A stretch of 64,000 bases of DNA from the IMG/VR virus record IMGVR_UViG_3300028584_001242; one strand, given 5' to 3'. How positions within the stretch are numbered: position 1 is the first letter of the stretch; each line of letters starts with the position of its first letter. The notes under the pieces were generated by a model that ran no database searches, was not told the DNA's origin, and saw only the letters and a program-made list of their open reading frames with translations. The DNA is from a virus (taxonomy: Duplodnaviria; Heunggongvirae; Uroviricota; Caudoviricetes). Of this stretch, positions 29,765 to 37,324 are shown piece after piece. The position numbers and the translations under genes were made by a program.

Positions 29765-30292
29765 TCAACTGAAAACAATGTCTGGCTTATGATGAACAGT
29801 TGCCATCAAATCAAGCAATGAATCGCTCACTTGATATTTTTTGATGAGTTCGCAGCAACGAACAATTTTTAGTTCCATGCGATGGTTGTTTATTTCTATA
29901 TCCGCAGAATCTGAGGCAAACTCATCGGCTGGTCGAAGTACTGATTGTGACTGGATCTGCAATCTGATCATAGGCTGGCAGTAAGAATTGACATCAGGGA
30001 TGTATGAAAAGTCACCCACAACGACATCAATCTCATGAGCCAACTTATCATTCTTCTCTTTTTTGACAGCGTTGATAATCCGCATCAAGTTAAGGCTAAT
30101 GTAATGCCGTCTAGTGTAAAAGTTGAATATGGTTTCCCGATATTGAGGAACCTTTGGATAACTGATAGCTGGTTGATAAGGCGTATTCAACCCATCAATG
30201 ATATGACTGACCAGTTGCTGTTTAATACGTTGTTCTTTTCCCCTACGAGCCAAGTCGGCTAGGTTATAACGAACAGTTTGAAGTACGGTCAT
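29765..30292 (-). CDS. hypothetical protein
   Basis: Start MTVLQ. Confidence 0.75.
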   Translation of the reverse strand: MTVLQTVRYNLADLARRGKEQRIKQQLVSHIIDGLNTPYQPAISYPKVPQYRETIFNFYTRRHYISLNLMRIINAVKKEKNDKLAHEIDVVVGDFSYIPDVNSYCQPMIRLQIQSQSVLRPADEFASDSADIEINNHRMELKIVRCCELIKKYQVSDSLLDLMATVHHKPDIVFS

Positions 30293-30344
30293 AAAGCCTC
30301 CCATATCGCAAATGATGATGCATTATAACACAACATAAAATAAA

Positions 30345-30611
30345 TCACCAAATAATCTTGATTGAAGAGTCAATAGAGATTTGTGCCTTTGAATAACCAT
30401 TAGCAAACATCCATTCTTCGGCATCAAGCGAATTAAACCTAGGCGGAAATTGAATATCTTTGCTCGTATGAACAGTTCGAGCCACAAGATGATAAGCCCC
30501 ACCTACTTGTGACTGATAAACTTCACAAGGCTGATAAGGCCCATGAAACAAATGAGATTTGAAAGGTTTTTGTTCGGTTTTTTTGTGACTAACTCCGAAA
30601 ATAGAGAGCAT
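30345..30611 (-). CDS. hypothetical protein, FxGPxxPC family without TM helix
   Basis: FHGPYQPC motif; AGGAG RBS. Confidence 0.65.
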   Translation of the reverse strand: MLSIFGVSHKKTEQKPFKSHLFHGPYQPCEVYQSQVGGAYHLVARTVHTSKDIQFPPRFNSLDAEEWMFANGYSKAQISIDSSIKIIW

Positions 30612-30639
30612 ATTTTTTACTCCTGTTAAATTTAATGAT

Positions 30640-31248
30640 TTATGCAACTGATGGTTTAAACATCAAACCCAGTTTCCAGTGTTTTCGGCAAACGGAGCGG
30701 TATTTGCTTTCAGCACCGACTTCCACGTCACCACCATCACGAATAACTTGGCCGGTTTCGGAGTTGAATTTCAAGGTCATACGAGCTTTACACCCACACC
30801 AGCACACTTGATCAAGACTTTCGATAATATCGGCCAACTCCATCAAGCGTTTCGAGGCTGGAAACAGTTCGCCTTTAAAGCTATTTTTCAGGCCGTAGCA
30901 AATAACAGGAATATTGAGCACATCAACCACGTCTGAAAGTTGGTCGATTTGTGCAGCCGTATAGAATTGGGATTCATCACAAAGGACACAAGCAACGTCT
31001 TTGCCTGCTTCAACTTTTGCCGAAACAATGTCGAACAAGTTAACGTCTTCGTTAATCGAAATGCTTGGGGCTTGAATGCTGGCCCCTGCAATGCGAGAAG
31101 CAATAACGTCTTCACCAAAGCGGTTGTCGATTTTGTGAGAGAATAGGACGGTATCACGGCCTTCGGAGACGTAGTTGTGATTCACTTGCAACAGAGCAAG
31201 GCTCTTGCCGGAGTTCATAACGGCGTGTCGGAAATAAAGTTTAGCCAT
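30640..31248 (-). CDS. tdk: thymidine kinase
   Basis: MAKLYFR, P-loop MNSGKS, DESQF, VICYGL and CWCG...SVCRKHW zinc site. Confidence 0.95.
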   Translation of the reverse strand: MAKLYFRHAVMNSGKSLALLQVNHNYVSEGRDTVLFSHKIDNRFGEDVIASRIAGASIQAPSISINEDVNLFDIVSAKVEAGKDVACVLCDESQFYTAAQIDQLSDVVDVLNIPVICYGLKNSFKGELFPASKRLMELADIIESLDQVCWCGCKARMTLKFNSETGQVIRDGGDVEVGAESKYRSVCRKHWKLGLMFKPSVA

Positions 31249-31348
31249 GAAAAAATCTTCCTAATTCGTTTCGATGGTTTGATTATACCATGATGAGAAC
31301 GAAAAAAGAAGATATTTTGAGGAAGTGTTAAATAAAAATAAGGTTTTT

Positions 31349-31561
31349 TTAACCTTTGTAGTCGGTGTTCTTGTAGCAGTAGAGCTGAAATTTTGAAAGT
31401 TCACGAATTTCTTCGTTTTTCTCTGCAATCGTTTCACGCAATCGTTTGATTTCAACCAACCAGCGAGCATTGTCAGCTTCGACCGATTGAAGACGAACAC
31501 GGTCATCTTCAAGCGATTTGATGTAAGCTGGTGTTTTGATGTATGGAACTTCTTTGCTCAT
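31349..31561 (-). CDS. small coiled-coil protein
   Basis: Start MSKEVPY. Confidence 0.6.
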   Translation of the reverse strand: MSKEVPYIKTPAYIKSLEDDRVRLQSVEADNARWLVEIKRLRETIAEKNEEIRELSKFQLYCYKNTDYKG

Positions 31562-31574
31562 GTCGAAAGGCTCC

Positions 31575-31841
31575 TTATTCGTTGGCCGGTTGTTGATGTT
31601 TTTCACACGTTTTAAAAGGCAAGCCAGTTGTATAAAGATAACGGCCTTCTTTGTCACCATACCCTTTACAGGCAATATCACACAGAAAGAATTTTGCCAC
31701 ACAACCACAATCAAGAGCAACAATGCGGTAATAATTCATCACAGAATTACTGACACGACCTGTTTCCAGATAATGAATGCTATTTTCATCAATAACCTGA
31801 ACTTTATCAAGAAGATGTGGATAGTTCATCATTGTCACCAT
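31575..31841 (-). CDS. Cys-rich hypothetical protein
   Basis: DCGC...C...C...CEKH. Confidence 0.6.
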   Translation of the reverse strand: MVTMMNYPHLLDKVQVIDENSIHYLETGRVSNSVMNYYRIVALDCGCVAKFFLCDIACKGYGDKEGRYLYTTGLPFKTCEKHQQPANE

Positions 31842-31971
31842 TAAAGAATATTCTCAATGTGGTGATTTTATCAAAAACAACCAAAAAAAACAACCTTTTT
31901 TTAATAAATATCAATTTTAATTCATAAAAAATGCCCCGAAGGGCACCTTTTACTAAATGTTGATGGAACCT

Positions 31972-32166
31972 TTAAATTGCCATATCTTCGGCTAAGTCCC
32001 AATCACTGACTTCACGACTGACGATACAGAATTCAGTCTGACTTCCCCGGTTAGCCAGATGGTAGCCCATCCAGTCTTCTGCTTCTTCTTTGGTCATACC
32101 TGAACAGATAATGCCAGAAGCGTCTGCAAGATTTCGGGTGTTTCGTGCAATGCCATATTCAGTCAT
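31972..32166 (-). CDS. small hypothetical protein
   Basis: 64 aa; AGGTG RBS. Confidence 0.65.
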   Translation of the reverse strand: MTEYGIARNTRNLADASGIICSGMTKEEAEDWMGYHLANRGSQTEFCIVSREVSDWDLAEDMAI

Positions 32167-32211
32167 GGGTTCACCTATGTTTTTATAAAAACTTTATTTT
32201 ACAAGAATAAA

Positions 32212-32448
32212 TCAGATGTGCAACAGTTTTTTCATGCCATCCCGTATTTCTTCTTTACCTTGTTCCCGGCCATGTTCAAACATAACCGTCAAAGCTGTTT
32301 TCAAGATAGATGCTTCATCGCAGGCAATGGCCGAAAAATCAAAAAGATGACCATTAAAGCTAACCCGAGAATCTTGGTGTTCAACTTCGAAGCCAAGCTT
32401 GGTCAACAGTTCGCATTTTTTATTGATTTCTTCATAATTACGACGCAT
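32212..32448 (-). CDS. hypothetical protein
   Basis: Start MRRNYEE. Confidence 0.65.
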   Translation of the reverse strand: MRRNYEEINKKCELLTKLGFEVEHQDSRVSFNGHLFDFSAIACDEASILKTALTVMFEHGREQGKEEIRDGMKKLLHI

Positions 32449-32514
32449 TGAAATATCCTTTCTGAGTTGATAACCCATTATACCAAAATTGAGTTTTTAA
32501 AGCCATCTTTTTCG

Positions 32515-33225
32515 TTAGGTATAACGAAATTGAACTTGTTCTGTCTCTTTGTTGAACGAATGCCTTACAACATAGGGCATATCTTTCGTATCGTCTTTGA
32601 AAATAGAGCGAAGTTCTTGTTGAAGAGTTTTAACTTGCTCATGAAGCTGTTCGACTTCTTTTTGAACTTCGGCTGACTTGCCTTTACCTTTCAACGCATA
32701 GTATTGATTGCGTTTAATTCTCAACGATTCATTCAACGTATCCAGCTTCAATTTCAGCGTGTTCACTTTTTCAAGATAAGGTGCTTTAAATTGACGAATA
32801 TCAGAATCGTTAAGTTTAGAACTTTGAAGAATACTGAACGTATTAACAAAATGCTCAATCGTTGGGGTTTCCAAAAACGCGGTGAGCAGTGTTTTAGCGG
32901 TGGAAACATCAATCTCGGCGGAGTAGTCAACCCGGTGTTGAATGCCCACAACAGCCCGCACAACAGGTGTTTCACGGTCAGTGTAGCTAAACGCCAGTGA
33001 AATGGTGTTAACAAAACGTTTATGGCTTCCCAAGTCATGGTAGATGCCACCAGTACCCAAGATAGCAATATAATCAAACGTGACAGGTTTTGATTTATAC
33101 ATTGTCGAACCGACAAATGTAGTGCCACCTTTTTTGCCATTTAATTCAATAAGCGTAAAACCTTGAAGATTTTTAAACAGAGTCAACAAAGGTTTCAAGA
33201 CTTGCATGGGGGTAGTGTTTTTCAT
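32515..33225 (-). CDS. hypothetical protein with C-terminal coiled coil (paralog of 59180..59923)
   Basis: MKNTTPMQVLKP-LTLFK...ELNGK matches MKNMTPMAVLKP-LTLFK...ELNGK. Confidence 0.8.
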   Translation of the reverse strand: MKNTTPMQVLKPLLTLFKNLQGFTLIELNGKKGGTTFVGSTMYKSKPVTFDYIAILGTGGIYHDLGSHKRFVNTISLAFSYTDRETPVVRAVVGIQHRVDYSAEIDVSTAKTLLTAFLETPTIEHFVNTFSILQSSKLNDSDIRQFKAPYLEKVNTLKLKLDTLNESLRIKRNQYYALKGKGKSAEVQKEVEQLHEQVKTLQQELRSIFKDDTKDMPYVVRHSFNKETEQVQFRYT

Positions 33226-33304
33226 GGCAATGACCCTGTATGGAATAGCGTTATTATACCAAAGAAAATACAAGAAATAAACTCATTTTTGAATCGAAAT
33301 AAAT

Positions 33305-33330
33305 AAAAAACCCCGAATTAACGGGGCTTT
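33305..33330 (-). terminator. intrinsic terminator closing the peptide-tRNA-Leu(UAA) transcript
   Basis: Minus strand CCCCG-TTAATT-CGGGG plus T-tract. Confidence 0.75.
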
Positions 33331-33380
33331 TCTTTATACTAATATTAAGTTTAAATTCTCAATTTTATTTGAATTTATAA

Positions 33381-33515
33381 CTGCATCGGTAGTTCACCTC
33401 TGGCACTTACTTTAATAGGAACTAAGGGGTAGTCGGCATTCAACATTTATTATACTAGATTCAATTATAGATTAAATTAAGTGTTAATGCTGCATTATTG
33501 GCTCACCTCTGGCAC
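33381..33515 (-). repeat. twin 26-nt motif in the tRNA trailer
   Basis: CTGCAT-N7-TCACCTCTGGCAC (+ strand) at 33381-33406 and 33490-33515. Confidence 0.85.
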
Positions 33516-33550
33516 ACTCATTAAGTAAAAGTGGTTAATGTTATTTAATC

Positions 33551-33635
33551 TGGTGCCCGGTGCCGGACTCGAACCGGCACTCCTTACGGAAAGGGATTTT
33601 AAGTCCCTCGTGTCTACCAATTTCACCAACCGGGC
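33551..33635 (-). tRNA. tRNA-Leu (anticodon UAA)
   Basis: GCCCGGT/ACCGGGC acceptor, D-loop TGGTAGAC, loop CT-TAA-AA, long variable arm, GGTTCGAGTCC T-arm, encoded CCA. Confidence 0.95.
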
Positions 33636-33641
33636 GTGGTT

Positions 33642-33773
33642 TTATTCTGCGTCTGGGTGACGCTGACGACGCTGGTCACGCATTTGACGGCTTGCTTTAT
33701 TATCGCCACGTTTGGAGTTGTCTTTCTGCTTACCTGCAAACTTTTCCATCATGTCGCGGTGAGAACCTTGCAT
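33642..33773 (-). CDS. small basic peptide, MQGS family copy D (43 aa)
   Basis: MQGSHRDMMEKFAGKQKDNSKRGDNKASRQMRDQRRQRHPDAE; AAGGA RBS; stop 6 nt before the tRNA. Confidence 0.85.
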   Translation of the reverse strand: MQGSHRDMMEKFAGKQKDNSKRGDNKASRQMRDQRRQRHPDAE

Positions 33774-33810
33774 GTTTTGTATCCTTATGTTGTTTCGTTC
33801 TGATGGGTTT

Positions 33811-33839
33811 ATTATAGTGAAAAGTGGGGTAGCTGTAAA
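33811..33839 (-). promoter_or_regulatory. promoter of the peptide D plus tRNA-Leu(UAA) unit
   Basis: TTTACA-17 nt-TATAAT, then CCCATCAGAACGAAAC. Confidence 0.7.
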
Positions 33840-33951
33840 GCATTATTTTCGTTTTTTTTTATTAAAAATGTCTAAATATTGAGATTTATCTTATTGATTT
33901 TCAAGAAGAAACAAAAAAGGGCCATCTGGCCCCTTTCTTGATGTTTCTGTC

Positions 33952-34530
33952 TTAATCGTCGTTACCTTCATCGTCGTAGCAAGGGCAGTTTTCAATGTAG
34001 TAATCAAACAATTCTTCCAAAGTAGCAAAATCATTGCAGAAGCGACGTTTACGCAAAGAAAAAGTGCCATCAGCGTGGGCGAAAATTACAGGGTCTTTAC
34101 AAAAGACTTTAAAGGTTTTATTGCCTTCTTCATCCATTGGTTTTAACAGTTCTACCAGTTTTTTGATGGCCGCGATAGATTTTTCGTTGGCATCGCCGTC
34201 CAACTTGTAAATAAAAACTTCGGCTGAACGTTGCTGGCTGAACTCACAGCAGCCGGACATGTAAAGCCCCATTTCACGAATATACGTGCTAGCGGCATTA
34301 TAACGGGTCATATCAGAACCCGAACCACTTTCAGCCATCAAGAAATCGAAACGGTCTTGTTCAGACTGATCCGTTTTCAATGTTTCTATGGTGATAGCTT
34401 CGTTAAGATCCGTAATGTTTTTGTAGAGCGACGATGCTTGTTCTTGAAGCGGCTTAATTTGCTCAAAGAGTTGGGCACGCTGGACGTGAATTTCTTTAAG
34501 TTGAGCCTGCATCTGTTCAAGAGATTTCAT
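33952..34530 (-). CDS. hypothetical protein with N-terminal coiled coil
   Basis: 192 aa; GAGG RBS. Confidence 0.8.
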   Translation of the reverse strand: MKSLEQMQAQLKEIHVQRAQLFEQIKPLQEQASSLYKNITDLNEAITIETLKTDQSEQDRFDFLMAESGSGSDMTRYNAASTYIREMGLYMSGCCEFSQQRSAEVFIYKLDGDANEKSIAAIKKLVELLKPMDEEGNKTFKVFCKDPVIFAHADGTFSLRKRRFCNDFATLEELFDYYIENCPCYDDEGNDD

Positions 34531-34592
34531 GGTATAGCCTCGTTTGATTTGAGTTAATTATACATCAAATACAGAGTTAATAAAACTCTTTT

Positions 34593-34787
34593 TCAAGGTT
34601 CTCCGGCCAAAAAGTCTCGAATGCGTTCTTCGGCATATTCTCTTTTTGAATAACCATCACGGCAAGAACCTCTTGGAAAATGGGTGATATAGGTATTACA
34701 TGGACGCCACCAGAAAAGCCATTTGTACTGACAAATATAAGCCTTTTGGCCGTTGTCACGTTCAACTTCTAGGATACGTGTTTTCAT
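34593..34787 (-). CDS. small phage-type hypothetical protein
   Basis: Start MKTRILE. Confidence 0.6.
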   Translation of the reverse strand: MKTRILEVERDNGQKAYICQYKWLFWWRPCNTYITHFPRGSCRDGYSKREYAEERIRDFLAGEP

Positions 34788-34876
34788 TATAACCTCTACT
34801 ATAATTTGCATAAAGTATAACAGTTTTCTAATAAAAAAACCACCCGAAGGTGGTTTATATCTAGATTAACAAGTTG

Positions 34877-35485
34877 TTAGAGTTTTTTCGAGCTATCAAT
34901 ATATTTCAAATAAGCGTCCACTTTCTTTTGAACCCTTTCAACAGGCTGGGTAACATCCTTGTGATGTTCATCACGTTGCAAGCAATGCTTAGGGAATGTC
35001 ATCGTCACATTCAAACCAATCGCTTCACCAGCAATGCCACCAGCCCAGTCAGCACCTGTTTGACCACCTGAGATAAGGTTAGTCAGCGGCCAGAACTCAT
35101 GGACTTTGGCAATAACCATATAAACCCACTGATTCAATGACGCCTGAAGCTCATTAACCAATTTCTCATCATCAAGCGTTTTGAATTTATGCTGAGCAGT
35201 CAACTGGTCATTTGTCCAAGCACCAGCCAAGGAATAAATACCATTCCCCGCTACGTTCAAGGTGGATACATTGTGTTTTTTGCAGGCTGCATACAGCATA
35301 CGAGCTGCAACAAGGGTGTCTGTGCTCAAATGGATGGCGACATAACGATCACCAGCTTCACGCTTGGTAAGTTTTTCACCTGCTGAGCTAAAATCTTCTG
35401 CGAAAGCGACCGTAAGATCTGCAGTATGAGCATTGTGTACAGTTCTTGGCTTATACTGTGCAGATTCATGTTCGATAATTTTCAT
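34877..35485 (-). CDS. SLOG / putative molybdenum-carrier-like protein, circularly permuted
   Basis: RT-HN---ADLT and LNVAG in the N-terminal half; ISGGQTGAD glycine loop near the C-terminus. Confidence 0.7.
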   Translation of the reverse strand: MKIIEHESAQYKPRTVHNAHTADLTVAFAEDFSSAGEKLTKREAGDRYVAIHLSTDTLVAARMLYAACKKHNVSTLNVAGNGIYSLAGAWTNDQLTAQHKFKTLDDEKLVNELQASLNQWVYMVIAKVHEFWPLTNLISGGQTGADWAGGIAGEAIGLNVTMTFPKHCLQRDEHHKDVTQPVERVQKKVDAYLKYIDSSKKL

Positions 35486-35551
35486 AAAAGCACCCCTTTT
35501 TGAATAATGACATTATACCACAAAAAAGGTCAAAGAGGAAATGAAAAGCAT

Positions 35552-35573
35552 AAAAAAACCACCTGAAGGTGGT
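35552..35573 (-). terminator. terminator of the tRNA-Leu(CAA) plus mini-tmRNA-like unit
   Basis: ACCACC-TTCA-GGTGGT plus T-tract, 8 nt after the CCA end. Confidence 0.8.
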
Positions 35574-35581
35574 CTTGTGTT

Positions 35582-35748
35582 TGGTAGCTGTTGATGGGAT
35601 CGAACCACCAAGTTAGGACTATTTCATAAGCCTCGGAGTACGTGCATGCTCGTCTGACTTACTATTTCATCTTCACTTCGCCTCCACATCCACGGTCTTT
35701 GATGTTTGCACGTATAACACCGCCAACCGATCCAGTTTAGCAACAGCC
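35582..35748 (-). ncRNA. 167-nt tRNA-like, tmRNA-related RNA (mini-tmRNA-like)
   Basis: GGCTGTT/AACAGCT acceptor plus ACCA; GGTGG-TTCGATC-CCATC T-arm; 13-nt unpaired D-loop analogue with CTGGAT; perfect TACGTGCA/TGCACGTA helix; 3' arm resembles E. coli ssrA as I recall it. Confidence 0.75.
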
Positions 35749-35762
35749 AGAAATCTTAAATT

Positions 35763-35847
35763 TGGTGCCCAAGGTCGGACTCGAACCGACACTCCTTTCG
35801 GAAGCGGATTTTGAATCCGCCGCGTCTACCAATTTCACCACATGGGC
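35763..35847 (-). tRNA. tRNA-Leu (anticodon CAA)
   Basis: Cloverleaf with GCGGA-TTCAAAA-TCCGC anticodon arm, long variable arm and encoded CCA; one U-U mismatch in the acceptor stem. Confidence 0.93.
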
Positions 35848-35870
35848 GTATTTGTTTCTCTACTCTTTAT

Positions 35871-35909
35871 GCGTTGCAGTGTATCAAGATTTAGACAAGA
35901 CTGCAACGC
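35871..35909 (-). promoter_or_regulatory. tRNA operon promoter embedded in a 10-bp inverted repeat
   Basis: TTGCAG-17 nt-TACACT; GCGTTGCAGT-N19-ACTGCAACGC. Confidence 0.75.
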
Positions 35910-35933
35910 TTTTTTCTACATTTTCAATAAAAT

Positions 35934-36134
35934 TTATTCCAACAAATCTTTTGCAGCCGACTTATAGCCACGATTCCATGCATATTGCAGCATAGCGTCC
36001 AAAGATTTCAACTGATCATCAGTCCAGCCTTCGGTAGACGGGTATTTAGATGCCACAGCATCCAGTCGCTTATTCTCTGCGGCGTCTTCCATAATTTCTT
36101 TGATGTCATCATGAATATAACCAGCCATACGCAC
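35934..36134 (-). CDS. small hypothetical protein
   Basis: GAGGTG RBS before MAGY. Confidence 0.65.
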   Translation of the reverse strand: MRMAGYIHDDIKEIMEDAAENKRLDAVASKYPSTEGWTDDQLKSLDAMLQYAWNRGYKSAAKDLLE

Positions 36135-36196
36135 CTCAATATTAAAAGTGGAGAATTATCTCAACAGGCGAATTATATCAAAGAAATGGGAAAAAA

Positions 36197-36535
36197 TCAA
36201 ACCCTGTCTGGGTAATATTCAAACGAGAAACCTTTGTCACACAGATGACGCATAAGGTCAAGTGGGTGACAATACTTAGTCACTTCGATCAAGTAAGCAC
36301 TAATCGCCCGGTCGAATTGCTCAAATGCCAATCTGTCTTTATCAGGGCATTCATGCCACTGGGTACCGAAAATGGAAAGGATTTCAATCGGTCCATCAGA
36401 ATCAATGAGTGCATTTTTAATGCGAATTTTCTTGATAATGTTGGTATCAATCACTTTGACTGTGATGTTATAAACATCATCATTATCAACGTTAGAAACG
36501 ATTGATGCAAAAGATTTTTCCGTGGTGGCTGTCAT
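36197..36535 (-). CDS. hypothetical protein
   Basis: Start MTATTEK after GAGG. Confidence 0.65.
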   Translation of the reverse strand: MTATTEKSFASIVSNVDNDDVYNITVKVIDTNIIKKIRIKNALIDSDGPIEILSIFGTQWHECPDKDRLAFEQFDRAISAYLIEVTKYCHPLDLMRHLCDKGFSFEYYPDRV

Positions 36536-36618
36536 TGGAATGACCTCAAAAATTGATAAAACGATTATAGCAGAATTAAAAAGTAAAAACAACTCTGCTA
36601 CAATCTCTTTAACAAGTG

Positions 36619-36894
36619 TCACTCAACAACTTGTTTCAATTCAAGTCTCACAGATTTACCACCAGTACGAACAGCTTCCTCAGTATAGAGGGTGACTGGG
36701 CCGGTGAGCATCCGCCGAAGAAGATTATCGACATGCTCAATATCATCGCCTTTTGAATCAAAATAAAAACATTCAAGTCCTTCGTTCCACACACAAAGAG
36801 CATGCCGCCAGTCATTAATATCAGCCATATTTTGACCATTTCCAAACACAAATAAAGTGTTATCGCACAACAAGACGTATTTTTTATGGGCCAT
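36619..36894 (-). CDS. hypothetical protein
   Basis: Start MAHKKY. Confidence 0.65.
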   Translation of the reverse strand: MAHKKYVLLCDNTLFVFGNGQNMADINDWRHALCVWNEGLECFYFDSKGDDIEHVDNLLRRMLTGPVTLYTEEAVRTGGKSVRLELKQVVE

Positions 36895-36971
36895 TTTCAA
36901 TATCTCAACAAGTTAATTTTCTAGCAAAAAAAGACCGTATAAACGGCCTTTTAGTTGGTTTTAAGAGCTTC

Positions 36972-37250
36972 TTACATCGGGCCGAAAGGACTTTTTTGAG
37001 TGCCGTTCAAGCTGCGAGCTTCTTCTGGCGGTTCGTAGTCATAAGCAGCCTGAATACATTCACGCGGAGTGCCACATTTCAGGTTGCGGACGCATTTACC
37101 TGCATTGCCTTCGCTGGCATCGCCACGGTATTCATCAAGACCGGTGTAGCCGTTACGGCTTTGAGCTGCAAGATAGTAGCCGGAGCCAGCCAAGTTTTTG
37201 TTAACTTCGTTGAGTTCAGCGTAAAGGTCTTTGCGAGTATAACGGGACAT
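36972..37250 (-). CDS. phage-type hypothetical protein
   Basis: 92 aa; GAGG RBS. Confidence 0.75.
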   Translation of the reverse strand: MSRYTRKDLYAELNEVNKNLAGSGYYLAAQSRNGYTGLDEYRGDASEGNAGKCVRNLKCGTPRECIQAAYDYEPPEEARSLNGTQKSPFGPM

Positions 37251-37324
37251 GGTAGAGCCTCACTGGGTTAGTGTGGTAATTATACCAAGGGCTAACCATG
37301 AAAACAACATTTTTCGACGGTTTT

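Noticed and set aside
33145-33180. QGFTLIEL prepilin-like motif in the 32515..33225 protein
   Set aside because: No hydrophobic helix follows (NGKKGG), and the paralog at 59180 has SFISYLEL at the same place, so the match is coincidental.
33381-33515. Theta/HDV-like or twister ribozyme, or sigma54 promoter, as an explanation of the twin motif
   Set aside because: The HDV-like P3/L3 look-alike is on the strand opposite the tRNA and lacks P1 and P1.1. The twister-like UAAUGCAGC has no P4/L4 element. TGGCAC is followed by TTAA rather than the required TTGC.
35582-35748. tRNA-Sec or intron-containing tRNA reading of the 167-nt RNA
   Set aside because: I found no D-stem, no UCA or other 7-nt anticodon loop on a 5-bp stem, and no bulge-helix-bulge or group I features. 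The tmRNA-like reading fits better, though a covariance search should confirm it.
33560-35995. Track ORFs 33560..33817 (+) and 35762..35995 (+)
   Set aside because: They overlap the antisense strand of the tRNA genes, which is a common artefact.
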